DNA of 64,000 bases from Candidatus Omnitrophota bacterium. Lineage in GTDB: Bacteria > Omnitrophota > Gorgyraeia > Zapsychrales > JANLHA01. The translations under genes were made by a program, and so were the position numbers. Every line of letters starts with the position of its first letter. The first letter of the stretch is position 1. The notes under the pieces are model-generated. The model did no database searches, was not told the DNA's origin, and saw nothing but the letters and a program-made list of their open reading frames with translations. Location of the stretch: assembly GCA_020632535.1 (NCBI GenBank), contig JACKFJ010000001.1, positions 26,890 to 90,889 on the forward strand. The letters are read 5' to 3'. Below, piece by piece: positions 9,131 to 16,758 of this stretch.

Positions 9131-10057
9131 ATGGCAAATCCAGATGAAAAGCAAAATTCAAATAAAGTCACTCGCCGAGGGCTTCTTTTAAAGGAAACGC
9201 GTGAACGTAAAGGACTGAGTATTGAAACCGTTCATGAAATGACTAAGATTCCTCTCGACGTTTTGCATGCCATTGAAGAGGGTTATACCGTTCGTATGGT
9301 GTCAGCGTATTACTTTAAGGGTTTTATCAAGATGTATGCGAAGTTTTTGGGATTGGATTTTACTTTGGTTTTAGATGAGCCGGTATCAAAAGTATCGTCC
9401 ACTCATGAGGATTCTGATGAAAATGTTTCTGTCGTTTCTGATCCGCAGCATCGTAAGTTTAATGAGTACATTACACGTCAGAATAAGAAGCAAACGATTG
9501 TTGGACTTATTATTCTTGGTATCTGTGTTGTTATTGCTTTAATCGTACTTGTGATTTGGATGAATAGACCGCAGTCGGGAAATCGTGTGCCGGTAGTTAA
9601 AGTTAAAAAAGAAGTACCAAAGAAGAAGTTTCTTGAAAATCAAATTGCGGATCGAAAAATGTTAGATAAAACAAAGAAGAAATCTGTTGCTGAAACGAAG
9701 CCTGAAGTACGCCCGGTGGCAGCACAAACAAGACAAGCCGCAGTTACAGAAGTTGTTGAGGATGTGGTTTCAGAGCGAAATAAGGAAGTATCGAATAAAA
9801 AAGTCAGTTTGACGATTAAATCGCGTGCTGCGGGCTGGTTGCAGGTCAAAGTTGATGGTAATTTGGTTTTTCAATCCACACTACGTGCTGGCGCGGCGGA
9901 ATCATGGCAGGGTGAAAAAAGTATTGAACTTTCAGGAAAAAATATTAATAATCTTGAGTTTGAAGTAAATGGTAAAGTTTTAGGGCAACTTGGTAAATCT
10001 GATCGAGGTGCTCGACGGGTTCTTGTTACAAGTGATGGTTTGTCGGTTAAGAAATAA
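9131..10057 (+). CDS. rodZ: RodZ-like cytoskeleton-associated protein (HTH + TM + DUF4115)
   Basis: N-terminal HTH (LLKETRERKGLSIETVHEMTKIPLDVLHAIEEG), a single TM helix (IVGLIILGICVVIALIVLVIW), a charged linker, and a C-terminal DUF4115-like beta domain (WLQVKVDGNLVFQSTLRAGAAESW). Confidence 0.7.
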   Translation: MANPDEKQNSNKVTRRGLLLKETRERKGLSIETVHEMTKIPLDVLHAIEEGYTVRMVSAYYFKGFIKMYAKFLGLDFTLVLDEPVSKVSSTHEDSDENVSVVSDPQHRKFNEYITRQNKKQTIVGLIILGICVVIALIVLVIWMNRPQSGNRVPVVKVKKEVPKKKFLENQIADRKMLDKTKKKSVAETKPEVRPVAAQTRQAAVTEVVEDVVSERNKEVSNKKVSLTIKSRAAGWLQVKVDGNLVFQSTLRAGAAESWQGEKSIELSGKNINNLEFEVNGKVLGQLGKSDRGARRVLVTSDGLSVKK

Positions 10058-10067
10058 TGATATTAAT

Positions 10068-10167
10068 ATTGCGAGCCTCGGAGACTTAGAGGTCTTTTTA
10101 GGACGAGCCCCGAAGGGGCGTGGCAATTTATCTGATTGCTTCGTTACCCTGCGGGGTTCCTTGCAAT
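10068..10167. repeat. Palindromic intergenic repeat, family B (ATTGC...hairpin...GCAAT units), two units
   Basis: Unit 1: ATTGCgag...GCCCCgaaGGGGCgtgGCAAT (10068-10127). Unit 2: GATTGCttcgttACCCtgcgGGGTtccttGCAAT (10134-10167). Unit 2 aligns with 39424-39458. Confidence 0.7.
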
Positions 10168-10190
10168 GGGGCGTCAATTGAAATGAAGAT

Positions 10191-11519
10191 ATGATAAAAA
10201 AACGAAAAGATATTGATCAGGTTGTCACAACAGCCGATTTTCACAAAGAGCGATTGTCGACAGGACAAAAAATCGGTGTGATTAACCTTGGTTGCGCGCG
10301 AAATCTTGTAGATTCGCAAGAAATTCTAGGGCGCCTTAAAAAGAGCGGGCATCGCATTGTTGATATGGCGCACGCGGATGTGGCGATTGTTAATACCTGT
10401 TCTTTCGTGGCTGATGCCAAAAAAGAGTCTATTGATACCATTATTGAGCTCTTAGAATTAAAAAAACAGGGTAAATTAAAGAAGGTTATTGTTGCAGGCT
10501 GTTTGGCGCAGCGCTATGGCAAGGAACTGGCGGAGGAATTGCAAGGCATCGATGCAATTGTAGGAACGCCATCATTCTTGAAGAATGATGTTGTGGATCA
10601 GGTTTATTTAACACCAAAGCATTTTGCTTACGTTAAGATTTGTGAGAGTTGTTATAATCGTTGCAGTTTTTGCGCCATTCCCGGTATTAAGGGTAAGTTT
10701 TCGTCCCGCAAGATTGAGTCAGTGCTCGAGGAAGTGAAACGTTTGGATAAGGCTGGTGTTAAAGAAATTAATTTGATTGGACAAGACATTACCGCTTATG
10801 GTGTTGATTTGTATCGTGAAAAATCTTTAGCGCGATTGCTGAGGGAAATGGTTAAGGTCACGGATAATATTCAATGGATTCGCCTTTTGTATGCTTTCCC
10901 GGCGCATGTGACCGATGATCTTATTGAGGTTATGGCTAATGAACCTAAGATTTGTAAATATATTGATATGCCATTACAGCATATTAGTGATAATTTGCTT
11001 TTAAGCATGAATCGTGGGATTACGACAGAAAAAACAAAAAAGTTAATTAATGATATGCGTCAAAGAATTCCTGCTGGCAGTTTACGCACAACATTTATTG
11101 TTGGGATGCCCGGTGAAACTGAAGAAAATTTTGAAGAGCTTCGGCAATATGTTCGTGAGACTCGTTTTGAAAAAATGGGTGTTTTTGTTTATTCGCGTGA
11201 AGAGGGAACTGAGGCTTTTGATATGGCTGGTCAAGTTTCAGAGCAAATTAAGAAAAAACGTTTGAACATTTTAATGAGGGAACAGCAAAGCATTTCTCAT
11301 GATGTGCAACAATCATTTGTTGGGCGTAAATTAAAAGTTCTTATCGACGAAAAGGAAGATGGCAGTGAAGGTATTTATTTGGGAAGGTCTGAATATGATG
11401 CTCCTGATGTCGATGGTAGTGTTTTTGTTCATACCAAGCGAGTTCTAAAGTCTGGTGATTTTGTTAACGTTAGGATCACGGACGCTCTTGAGTATGACTT
11501 AGTTGGGCATGAAGAATGA
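10191..11519 (+). CDS. rimO: Radical-SAM methylthiotransferase, most likely ribosomal protein S12 methylthiotransferase RimO
   Basis: UPF0004 N-domain (KIGVINLGCARNLVDSQEILGRL, RimO-like), radical SAM CESCYNRCSFCAIP, and a C-terminal TRAM domain. About 440 aa, as for RimO; a MiaB/MtaB paralog cannot be excluded. Confidence 0.7.
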   Translation: MIKKRKDIDQVVTTADFHKERLSTGQKIGVINLGCARNLVDSQEILGRLKKSGHRIVDMAHADVAIVNTCSFVADAKKESIDTIIELLELKKQGKLKKVIVAGCLAQRYGKELAEELQGIDAIVGTPSFLKNDVVDQVYLTPKHFAYVKICESCYNRCSFCAIPGIKGKFSSRKIESVLEEVKRLDKAGVKEINLIGQDITAYGVDLYREKSLARLLREMVKVTDNIQWIRLLYAFPAHVTDDLIEVMANEPKICKYIDMPLQHISDNLLLSMNRGITTEKTKKLINDMRQRIPAGSLRTTFIVGMPGETEENFEELRQYVRETRFEKMGVFVYSREEGTEAFDMAGQVSEQIKKKRLNILMREQQSISHDVQQSFVGRKLKVLIDEKEDGSEGIYLGRSEYDAPDVDGSVFVHTKRVLKSGDFVNVRITDALEYDLVGHEE

Positions 11520-12094
11520 ATCTGCCAAACTTTTTAACAGTCCTGAGACTTTTCTTAACAATTGGATTTACTATTTATGCGCAAAAGTCTGGACTGTTTG
11601 CTTACGCTTTAGCGGCGGCCTTGTTTGTGATTGCTGCAATTACAGATTTTCTGGACGGATATATTGCTCGCAAATATAAGCTTTTTACCAATTTTGGAAA
11701 AATCATGGATCCGATCGCGGATAAGTTTTTGGTTTTATCTGCGTTCTTTGTTTTTATGATTCAAGGGCATATCGTGTCATGGATGTTTTTCATTATCGCT
11801 GGCCGCGAATTTGCAGTAACGGTTTCCCGTTTATTGTTAATGAAAAAAGGTAAAGTTCTCTCTGCAGAAAAAGAGGGAAAATTGAAAACTGTTTTGCAGA
11901 TGAGCGCGATTATTTGGATTCTCGGGTTTACTCTTTTGCAGAGAAGTACTAGTGACCCATCCTCGTGGGTGCATCAGCAATTTACATTGTATTGGGTTTA
12001 TATTACGACACAGCTTTTAATGTTTTGTGCTGTTGGGCTGACGCTGTATTCTGGTTTAAAATATTTTTGGAATAATCGAAAGATTTTGTTATGA
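11516..12094 (+). CDS. pgsA: CDP-diacylglycerol--glycerol-3-phosphate 3-phosphatidyltransferase
   Basis: CDP-alcohol phosphotransferase motif DFLDGYIARKYKLFTNFGKIMDPIADK, NLPNFLTVLRL at the N-terminus, and multiple TM helices. The start overlaps the rimO stop (ATGA). Confidence 0.9.
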   Translation: MNLPNFLTVLRLFLTIGFTIYAQKSGLFAYALAAALFVIAAITDFLDGYIARKYKLFTNFGKIMDPIADKFLVLSAFFVFMIQGHIVSWMFFIIAGREFAVTVSRLLLMKKGKVLSAEKEGKLKTVLQMSAIIWILGFTLLQRSTSDPSSWVHQQFTLYWVYITTQLLMFCAVGLTLYSGLKYFWNNRKILL

Positions 12095-12363
12095 AGACAC
12101 GCAAAGATTTATGTCCGTGGATTGTTGAAGCATTAGAAGGTTTACAGGGTTCAGCCAAGATTGTGAAGGTTAAGGAGTATATTTGGGATCATCATGGGGA
12201 TGAATTGCGTTCTAGCGGCAATTTGCATTTTTCATGGCATGATGATGTTTTTTGGGCCGCAACACAACTTCGTGCCAAAGGTGTTATAAAAAAGGCCAGC
12301 GCGACTTCAAAAAGTGTTTGGTCTCTCGTCGGACATATTGATCCAGTTAAAAGAAAAACATGA
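12091..12363 (+). CDS. Small cytoplasmic protein, possible winged-helix (Mrr-N-like) domain
   Basis: 90 aa, translationally coupled on both sides (ATGA overlaps at 12091 and 12360). The pattern W..AATQLRAKGVIKK....SVWSL resembles the N-terminal wHTH of Mrr-type proteins. Weak call. Confidence 0.4.
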   Translation: MKTRKDLCPWIVEALEGLQGSAKIVKVKEYIWDHHGDELRSSGNLHFSWHDDVFWAATQLRAKGVIKKASATSKSVWSLVGHIDPVKRKT

Positions 12364-12815
12364 AAGACCATATTACCGAATTTTTTTCAACATTTTGTTA
12401 TGTTGGTTATTTTCCATTTGCGGCCGGAAGTTTAGCCACTGTTGTCGGTGGGTTAATAGCTGGCGTTTTGGTTTTGCATCCTTTTGTCGTTCTTTTGCTT
12501 TTTGTGATTGTAACAGCGTTGGGTTTTTTGATGAGTAGCCGTATGGAGCAAATTGCTGGGGAGAAAGATCCGTCGTGTATTGTTATTGATGAGGTTTCTG
12601 GCGCTTTAATCGCTTTTTTTATGTTGCCGTTAAGTTGGCCGGTGTTTATGACGACATTCTTTGTTTTTCGTGCTTTTGATATGTGGAAAATTTATCCTGC
12701 AGATGTGTTTGAGAAGAAAAAGGGTGGTGTCGGTGTCATGATGGATGATATTGTCGCAGGAATTTATACGAATCTGATTATGCAAATTGCGATTCGACTT
12801 GCGGGGATAGTATAA
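12360..12815 (+). CDS. pgpA: Phosphatidylglycerophosphatase A
   Basis: PgpA motifs DPSCIVIDEVSGALIAFFMLP, FRAFDMWKIYPA and GVGVMMDDIVAGIYTNL. Confidence 0.85.
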   Translation: MKDHITEFFSTFCYVGYFPFAAGSLATVVGGLIAGVLVLHPFVVLLLFVIVTALGFLMSSRMEQIAGEKDPSCIVIDEVSGALIAFFMLPLSWPVFMTTFFVFRAFDMWKIYPADVFEKKKGGVGVMMDDIVAGIYTNLIMQIAIRLAGIV

Positions 12816-12816
12816 A

Positions 12817-12908
12817 ATAGGTTGGGTGGTAACCCATAGGCGAATTGAACGCAGCTCCTGCGAAGTAGGAGATCGTTCATTGAGCCGAGGGTTACTCACC
12901 CAACCTAT
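12817..12908 (+). repeat. Palindromic intergenic element, family A copy 1 (54-nt conserved core inside a private 19-bp stem)
   Basis: ATAGGTTGGGTGGTAACCC / core ATAGGCGAATTGAACGCAGCTCCTGCGAAGTAGGAGATCGTTCATTGAGCCGAG / GGTTACTCACCCAACCTAT. The core is ~89% identical to the reverse complement of 24894-24946. It lies between convergent pgpA and cinA. Confidence 0.85.
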
Positions 12909-13375
12909 TCCAAATATTTGGCTAGCATTCTCAATGCGGAATTAACCGCAGCGGTTTTAATATTTAAACGCGTTCCCTTAAAGTGGTATTTTTCACAAAC
13001 AACTTTTTCTTGTCTCGCCACCGCAATATAGGTCAATCCTACAGGTTTATCTTTTGTTCCTCCCGCTGGGCCCGCAATGCCGGTAATGCTTATACCAAAA
13101 TCTGATTTGAGAGTCTTTCGTATGGCTATTGCCATTTTTTCTGCGATGAGGCGACTCACTGCGCCATGTTTCTTAAGGAGCGTAGGAGAGACTTTTAAAA
13201 GTAATGATTTTGCGGTATTCGCATAGACAAGGACACCACCGATAAAATATTGTGAGCTTCCGGGAATGTTAGTCAAGCGATGGGCGAGAAGACCACCGGA
13301 ACAGGATTCGGCAACGCTTATGGTTTTGTGTTTCTTGATAAGACGTTTTGCGATGTGATGTTCAATATTCATCAA
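12905..13375 (-). CDS. pncC: CinA C-terminal-domain protein / nicotinamide-nucleotide amidohydrolase PncC
   Basis: SVAESCSGGLLAHRLTNIPGSSQYFIGGVLVYANTAK and ISITGIAGPAGGT..KPVGLTYIAV are typical CinA_C motifs. At 156 aa, there is no MoCF-binding N-domain. Confidence 0.85.
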   Translation of the reverse strand: MMNIEHHIAKRLIKKHKTISVAESCSGGLLAHRLTNIPGSSQYFIGGVLVYANTAKSLLLKVSPTLLKKHGAVSRLIAEKMAIAIRKTLKSDFGISITGIAGPAGGTKDKPVGLTYIAVARQEKVVCEKYHFKGTRLNIKTAAVNSALRMLAKYLE

Positions 13376-14199
13376 TGAATCGGGATTATATTTAGAAGAT
13401 TACTGATAAGGAGCATAGCGCAGAGCCCGGACATGACACCCCAAGCTGTTAAAGTTTGTCCGCCGTCTTTTAGAGATTCGGGTATTAAATCATCGAATAC
13501 AAGATAAAGCATGGCACCACCAGCAAAACCTAAACCAATGGGGAGAAGAGGAGCAAAAAACCATGTTAATAAAGCGGCTGGTACAGCCATGAGGGGTTGT
13601 GGAACACTTGTTAAAATCGCAATGAGCGCGCATTTGGGAGTTGAAACACCATCGGCTTTAAGTGGAAGTGAGACAGCGATCCCTTCGGGAATATTATGAA
13701 CGGTAATTGCCATAGCCATAATTAATCCAAACTGGAGATTCCCTGTTGCGAATCCGACCCCAATGGCGATACCTTCAGGAATGGAGTGGATAAACATTGC
13801 GATGAAAAGTAGTATTCCTCGTTGAGAAAGTCCATGCGCGAGAGGATGGTTTTCGATGTGATGTTTTTCAACGAACTGCTTTGTTAACCAATAAAACCCG
13901 GCGCCAGCCAAGAGTCCTAAAATGACGATATAATTCGCGTAAGGGAATCGGTCTTTGAGATTAATGGCTTCTTGGACAAGGGAAAAGACCGAAGCCGAAA
14001 TCATCATGCCTGCCGCAACCGAAGAGGCAAAAGCTCGAACCAGTTTGGAATTGTTTTTAACAAAATGAACTGGAATCGCGCCTAAACCCGTCGCTAGGGC
14101 GCTGATAATTCCGGTTGTCGCAGTCAGAAGAATAAGTGAGGATTGATCCATAGTGTAATTGGAAATTATAGTAGCATATGGACTATCTTTGAGAAACAA
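13372..14199 (-). CDS. ZIP-family divalent metal transporter (ZupT-like)
   Basis: Eight predicted TM helices and ZIP signatures HSIPEGIAIG and HNIPEGIAV. The start is ambiguous: TTG at 14199 is preceded by AAGGA, while ATG at 14151 (MDQSSLIL...) gives a more typical length. The stop overlaps the cinA start. Confidence 0.85.
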   Translation of the reverse strand: MFLKDSPYATIISNYTMDQSSLILLTATTGIISALATGLGAIPVHFVKNNSKLVRAFASSVAAGMMISASVFSLVQEAINLKDRFPYANYIVILGLLAGAGFYWLTKQFVEKHHIENHPLAHGLSQRGILLFIAMFIHSIPEGIAIGVGFATGNLQFGLIMAMAITVHNIPEGIAVSLPLKADGVSTPKCALIAILTSVPQPLMAVPAALLTWFFAPLLPIGLGFAGGAMLYLVFDDLIPESLKDGGQTLTAWGVMSGLCAMLLISNLLNIIPIH

Positions 14200-14262
14200 T
14201 ATTTTCCTTTATTCAGAAAAATCAAAGATGACAGAGCTTCAATAAATCATTATAATAACTAT

Positions 14263-14739
14263 ATGCGCTTAAAATATGCTGAAGATTATTATATAAGGGC
14301 TTTGTTTAAAAAAGTTAAGCTTCATGAGGTTATGGCTACGCCAGTAGTTTTTGTAAACGTGCGAGCACCCTTTCGAGATGTTGTCGGCCTGTTGCATGAG
14401 CGCCGCATTCGTCACTTACCTGTCGTTAATAGCGAAATGGAAGTTGTAGGCATTATTTCACAACGCGATTTATATAAATTGCAGCCTCCCCACAAAAATG
14501 AAGAAGGTGTCTGGATTTATGACATGGATGTGATGGACGGTTTTATTCTGGATAAAGCCATGACACCAAACCCTTTCACGTTGTCGCGTCAAAGTTTTTT
14601 GGCGGAAGCGATCCCACCTATGGTTACTCACAAGTACGGTTGTATTCCTATCGTTGATGAATCTAAAAAACTGTGCGGGATTATCACGCAATACGATATT
14701 TTGAAAATTGCTTTTGAAATTTTGCAAGAAGGACAATAA
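14263..14739 (+). CDS. CBS-domain pair protein
   Basis: Two CBS motifs (VMATPVVFV...IRHLPVVNSEMEVVGIISQRDL and MTPNPFTL...YGCIPIVDESKKLCGIITQYDIL). The start was moved to ATG 14263, because the ORF-track start at 14143 would overlap the divergent ZIP gene. Confidence 0.8.
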   Translation: MRLKYAEDYYIRALFKKVKLHEVMATPVVFVNVRAPFRDVVGLLHERRIRHLPVVNSEMEVVGIISQRDLYKLQPPHKNEEGVWIYDMDVMDGFILDKAMTPNPFTLSRQSFLAEAIPPMVTHKYGCIPIVDESKKLCGIITQYDILKIAFEILQEGQ

Positions 14740-14757
14740 AAGTCGGGAGGTAAGAGC

Positions 14758-16170
14758 ATGACTGGTTATATCGCTAAGGATAAACAGATCAATCTTCTTT
14801 TTGCCGATTCAGAAAAAATGTACCGCAATCTCATCGAATCCGTGCGCAACGGCATTTATATGGCCGACGTTAATGACATTCTTTTTTTCGTAAATCAATC
14901 ATTTGTTGAAATTCTTGGTTATCAAAATAAGGAAGAGCTCCTCGGTCGCAACATTGCGCAGGCGCTTTATCGACACCCACAAGAACGTGAAGAATTTTTG
15001 CGGCATATGCAAAAGCATGGTTTTGTTCGTGATTATGAATTTGAAATGATTGGTTGTAACGGGCGAATTGTGACGCTGTTGGCTACGAGTAATTTTATTA
15101 GAAATGAGCAGGGGCAAGTTATAGGTGTTGAGGGGATTGTGCACGATATTACCGAAAAAAAGGTTTTGGAGGCAGAATTGCAAAATGAAAAAGTAAAGCT
15201 TGAAGAAATTCTGGGCTTTGATGAAAGGGTTTCATCTATTCGTAATCTTGATCGCCTTGTGGATTTTGTTGTTGAGAAAGCTACGGCAATCTTGCGGGCG
15301 GACAAATGTTCATTGATGTTGTTTGATGATACTGTTGGGGAATTGTGTATTAAAAGCGCTAAGGGTCTGAGTGAGGAAGTCGTCACGCAGACACGGATTA
15401 AGCTTGGTGATTCCATCGCGGGTTGGGTGGCGAAAGAGGGTTTAGAAGTTCTTGTTAAGAATATTGAACAGGATAAGCGTTTTGTGAGGGCGAATTGCCC
15501 GTCTTATCAGGGCCGTTCTTTTATGTCTTCACCAATTCGGTTTAATGATCGTTTAATTGGGGTAGTCAATATTTCAGAGAAAGGTGCCGGCGCGGAACAG
15601 TTTAATGAAATGGATTTGAAAGTCTTGGGTGCTATTGTGCGTCAAGCTGCGATCGCGATTGAAAACGCAAAACTTTATCGCGAATTAGAATACCTTTCGG
15701 TGACGGATCCTTTAACCAATCTCTGGAATTATCGTTGTTTTATAAATAGCGTCGATGAAGAGATACAGCGCTTTAAGCGCTTTGCAAACACATTTTCACT
15801 TTTGATGATAGACGTAGATAATTTCAAGGGGTACAATGACTCCTACGGACATTTGGAAGGTGATATTTTTTTAAGAGATTTAGGAAAAATATTCACAGGT
15901 CATCTGAGGGTTATTGATAAAGTTTGCCGATATGGCGGTGATGAATTTGTTGTTCTTTTGCCGAGTTGTAATATCGATCAGGCAAAAATTGTGGCTGAAA
16001 AGTTACGACAGCTAGTTGAGCAATATTCATTTAAAGAAAAAATGACTGTGAGTATTGGTGTTGTAGAGTTTAGAAAAACTTTGAGTCGTTTTGAGTTTAT
16101 TATGCGTGTTGATCGTGCTTTATATGAAGCGAAGAATAAGGGGCGCAATCGAGTGTATGTTCACATTTAA
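14758..16170 (+). CDS. PAS-GAF-GGDEF diguanylate cyclase
   Basis: PAS (YRNLIESVRNGIYMADVNDILFFVNQSF...), GAF (ILRADKCSLMLFD...SIAGWVAKEG...RSFMSSPI) and GGDEF with an intact active site (RYGGDEFVVLL). An RxxD I-site was not evident. RBS GGGAGG upstream. Confidence 0.9.
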   Translation: MTGYIAKDKQINLLFADSEKMYRNLIESVRNGIYMADVNDILFFVNQSFVEILGYQNKEELLGRNIAQALYRHPQEREEFLRHMQKHGFVRDYEFEMIGCNGRIVTLLATSNFIRNEQGQVIGVEGIVHDITEKKVLEAELQNEKVKLEEILGFDERVSSIRNLDRLVDFVVEKATAILRADKCSLMLFDDTVGELCIKSAKGLSEEVVTQTRIKLGDSIAGWVAKEGLEVLVKNIEQDKRFVRANCPSYQGRSFMSSPIRFNDRLIGVVNISEKGAGAEQFNEMDLKVLGAIVRQAAIAIENAKLYRELEYLSVTDPLTNLWNYRCFINSVDEEIQRFKRFANTFSLLMIDVDNFKGYNDSYGHLEGDIFLRDLGKIFTGHLRVIDKVCRYGGDEFVVLLPSCNIDQAKIVAEKLRQLVEQYSFKEKMTVSIGVVEFRKTLSRFEFIMRVDRALYEAKNKGRNRVYVHI

Positions 16171-16179
16171 CGGAGAGTT

Positions 16180-16758
16180 ATGAGCGAAGAAAAAAAAGAA
16201 GAGAAACCTGCTGACGTTAAAGCTCCGGCTTCCGATCCTAAAGTGATTTTGCAAGCTTTAGATAAAAGTGCGGCAGCCGAAGTTGCTCAACCGGCTCCGG
16301 CCGCGCCACCAGAAGCCGTCGCTCCAAAAGAAGTTTCGCCACCGGCCTCAGCTGCACCGTCACCAGAATCTACCGCTCCAAAAGAAGTTCCACCACCGGC
16401 TCCAACTGCACCGTCACCAGAATCTGCCGCTCCAAAAGAAGTTCCACCACCGGCTCCAACTGCACCGTCAACAGAAGCCGTCGCTCCAAAAGAAGTTCCG
16501 CCACCGACTCCGACTGCGTCGCCACCCGAAGCTGTTACTCCTGCAGAAATTCCGTCGCCCGTTCCGGTTGTCCCGCCGTCGGCTATTACGCCTTCTGTTG
16601 TAGAATCGACACCGGCTGCTACTTTGGAAACGTCTACTTCTACACCTGAGTCCGTTGCTCCTTCGCCTGCGCCACCGCTGACAACTCCTTTACCCGGACC
16701 TCTTGTCACTGATGCCATGCGTCAGTTGGACGAACTATTAGCCCGTTTTCGTCAATGA
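16180..16758 (+). CDS. Proline-rich tandem-repeat protein (intrinsically disordered), hypothetical
   Basis: Four 18-aa units APKEV(P/S)PPA(P/S)(T/A)APSPES(A/T) plus degenerate flanking copies, with a short C-terminal amphipathic helix (TDAMRQLDELLARFRQ). No signal peptide or TM. The stop overlaps the next start (ATGA at 16755). Confidence 0.6.
   Translation: MSEEKKEEKPADVKAPASDPKVILQALDKSAAAEVAQPAPAAPPEAVAPKEVSPPASAAPSPESTAPKEVPPPAPTAPSPESAAPKEVPPPAPTAPSTEAVAPKEVPPPTPTASPPEAVTPAEIPSPVPVVPPSAITPSVVESTPAATLETSTSTPESVAPSPAPPLTTPLPGPLVTDAMRQLDELLARFRQ
16321..16536 (+). repeat. Tandem repeat, 4 x 54 bp, coding
   Basis: Units start at 16321, 16375, 16429 and 16483 (GCTCCAAAAGAAGTTCCACCACCGGCTCCAACTGCACCGTCACCAGAATCTGCC consensus). 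Locally GC-rich relative to the window. Confidence 0.9.

Noticed and set aside
12817-12908. The possibility that family A elements are small self-cleaving ribozymes (hammerhead, twister) or tRNA-like structures.
   Set aside because: I could not find the hammerhead CUGANGA...GAAA core on either strand, or a three-way junction, or T-loop/anticodon features. The fold is a single long interrupted hairpin. This was only an inspection by eye, so a covariance-model scan is still advisable.
16268-16718. Long ORFs in two other frames across the Pro-rich repeat (16268-16603 plus strand, 111 aa; 16287-16718 minus strand, 143 aa).
   Set aside because: These are by-products of a GC-rich, stop-poor tandem repeat. 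They have no RBS or start context, their products are low-complexity (R/L/Q-rich or G/A/T-rich), and they overlap entirely with the better-supported, translationally coupled 16180-16758 frame.
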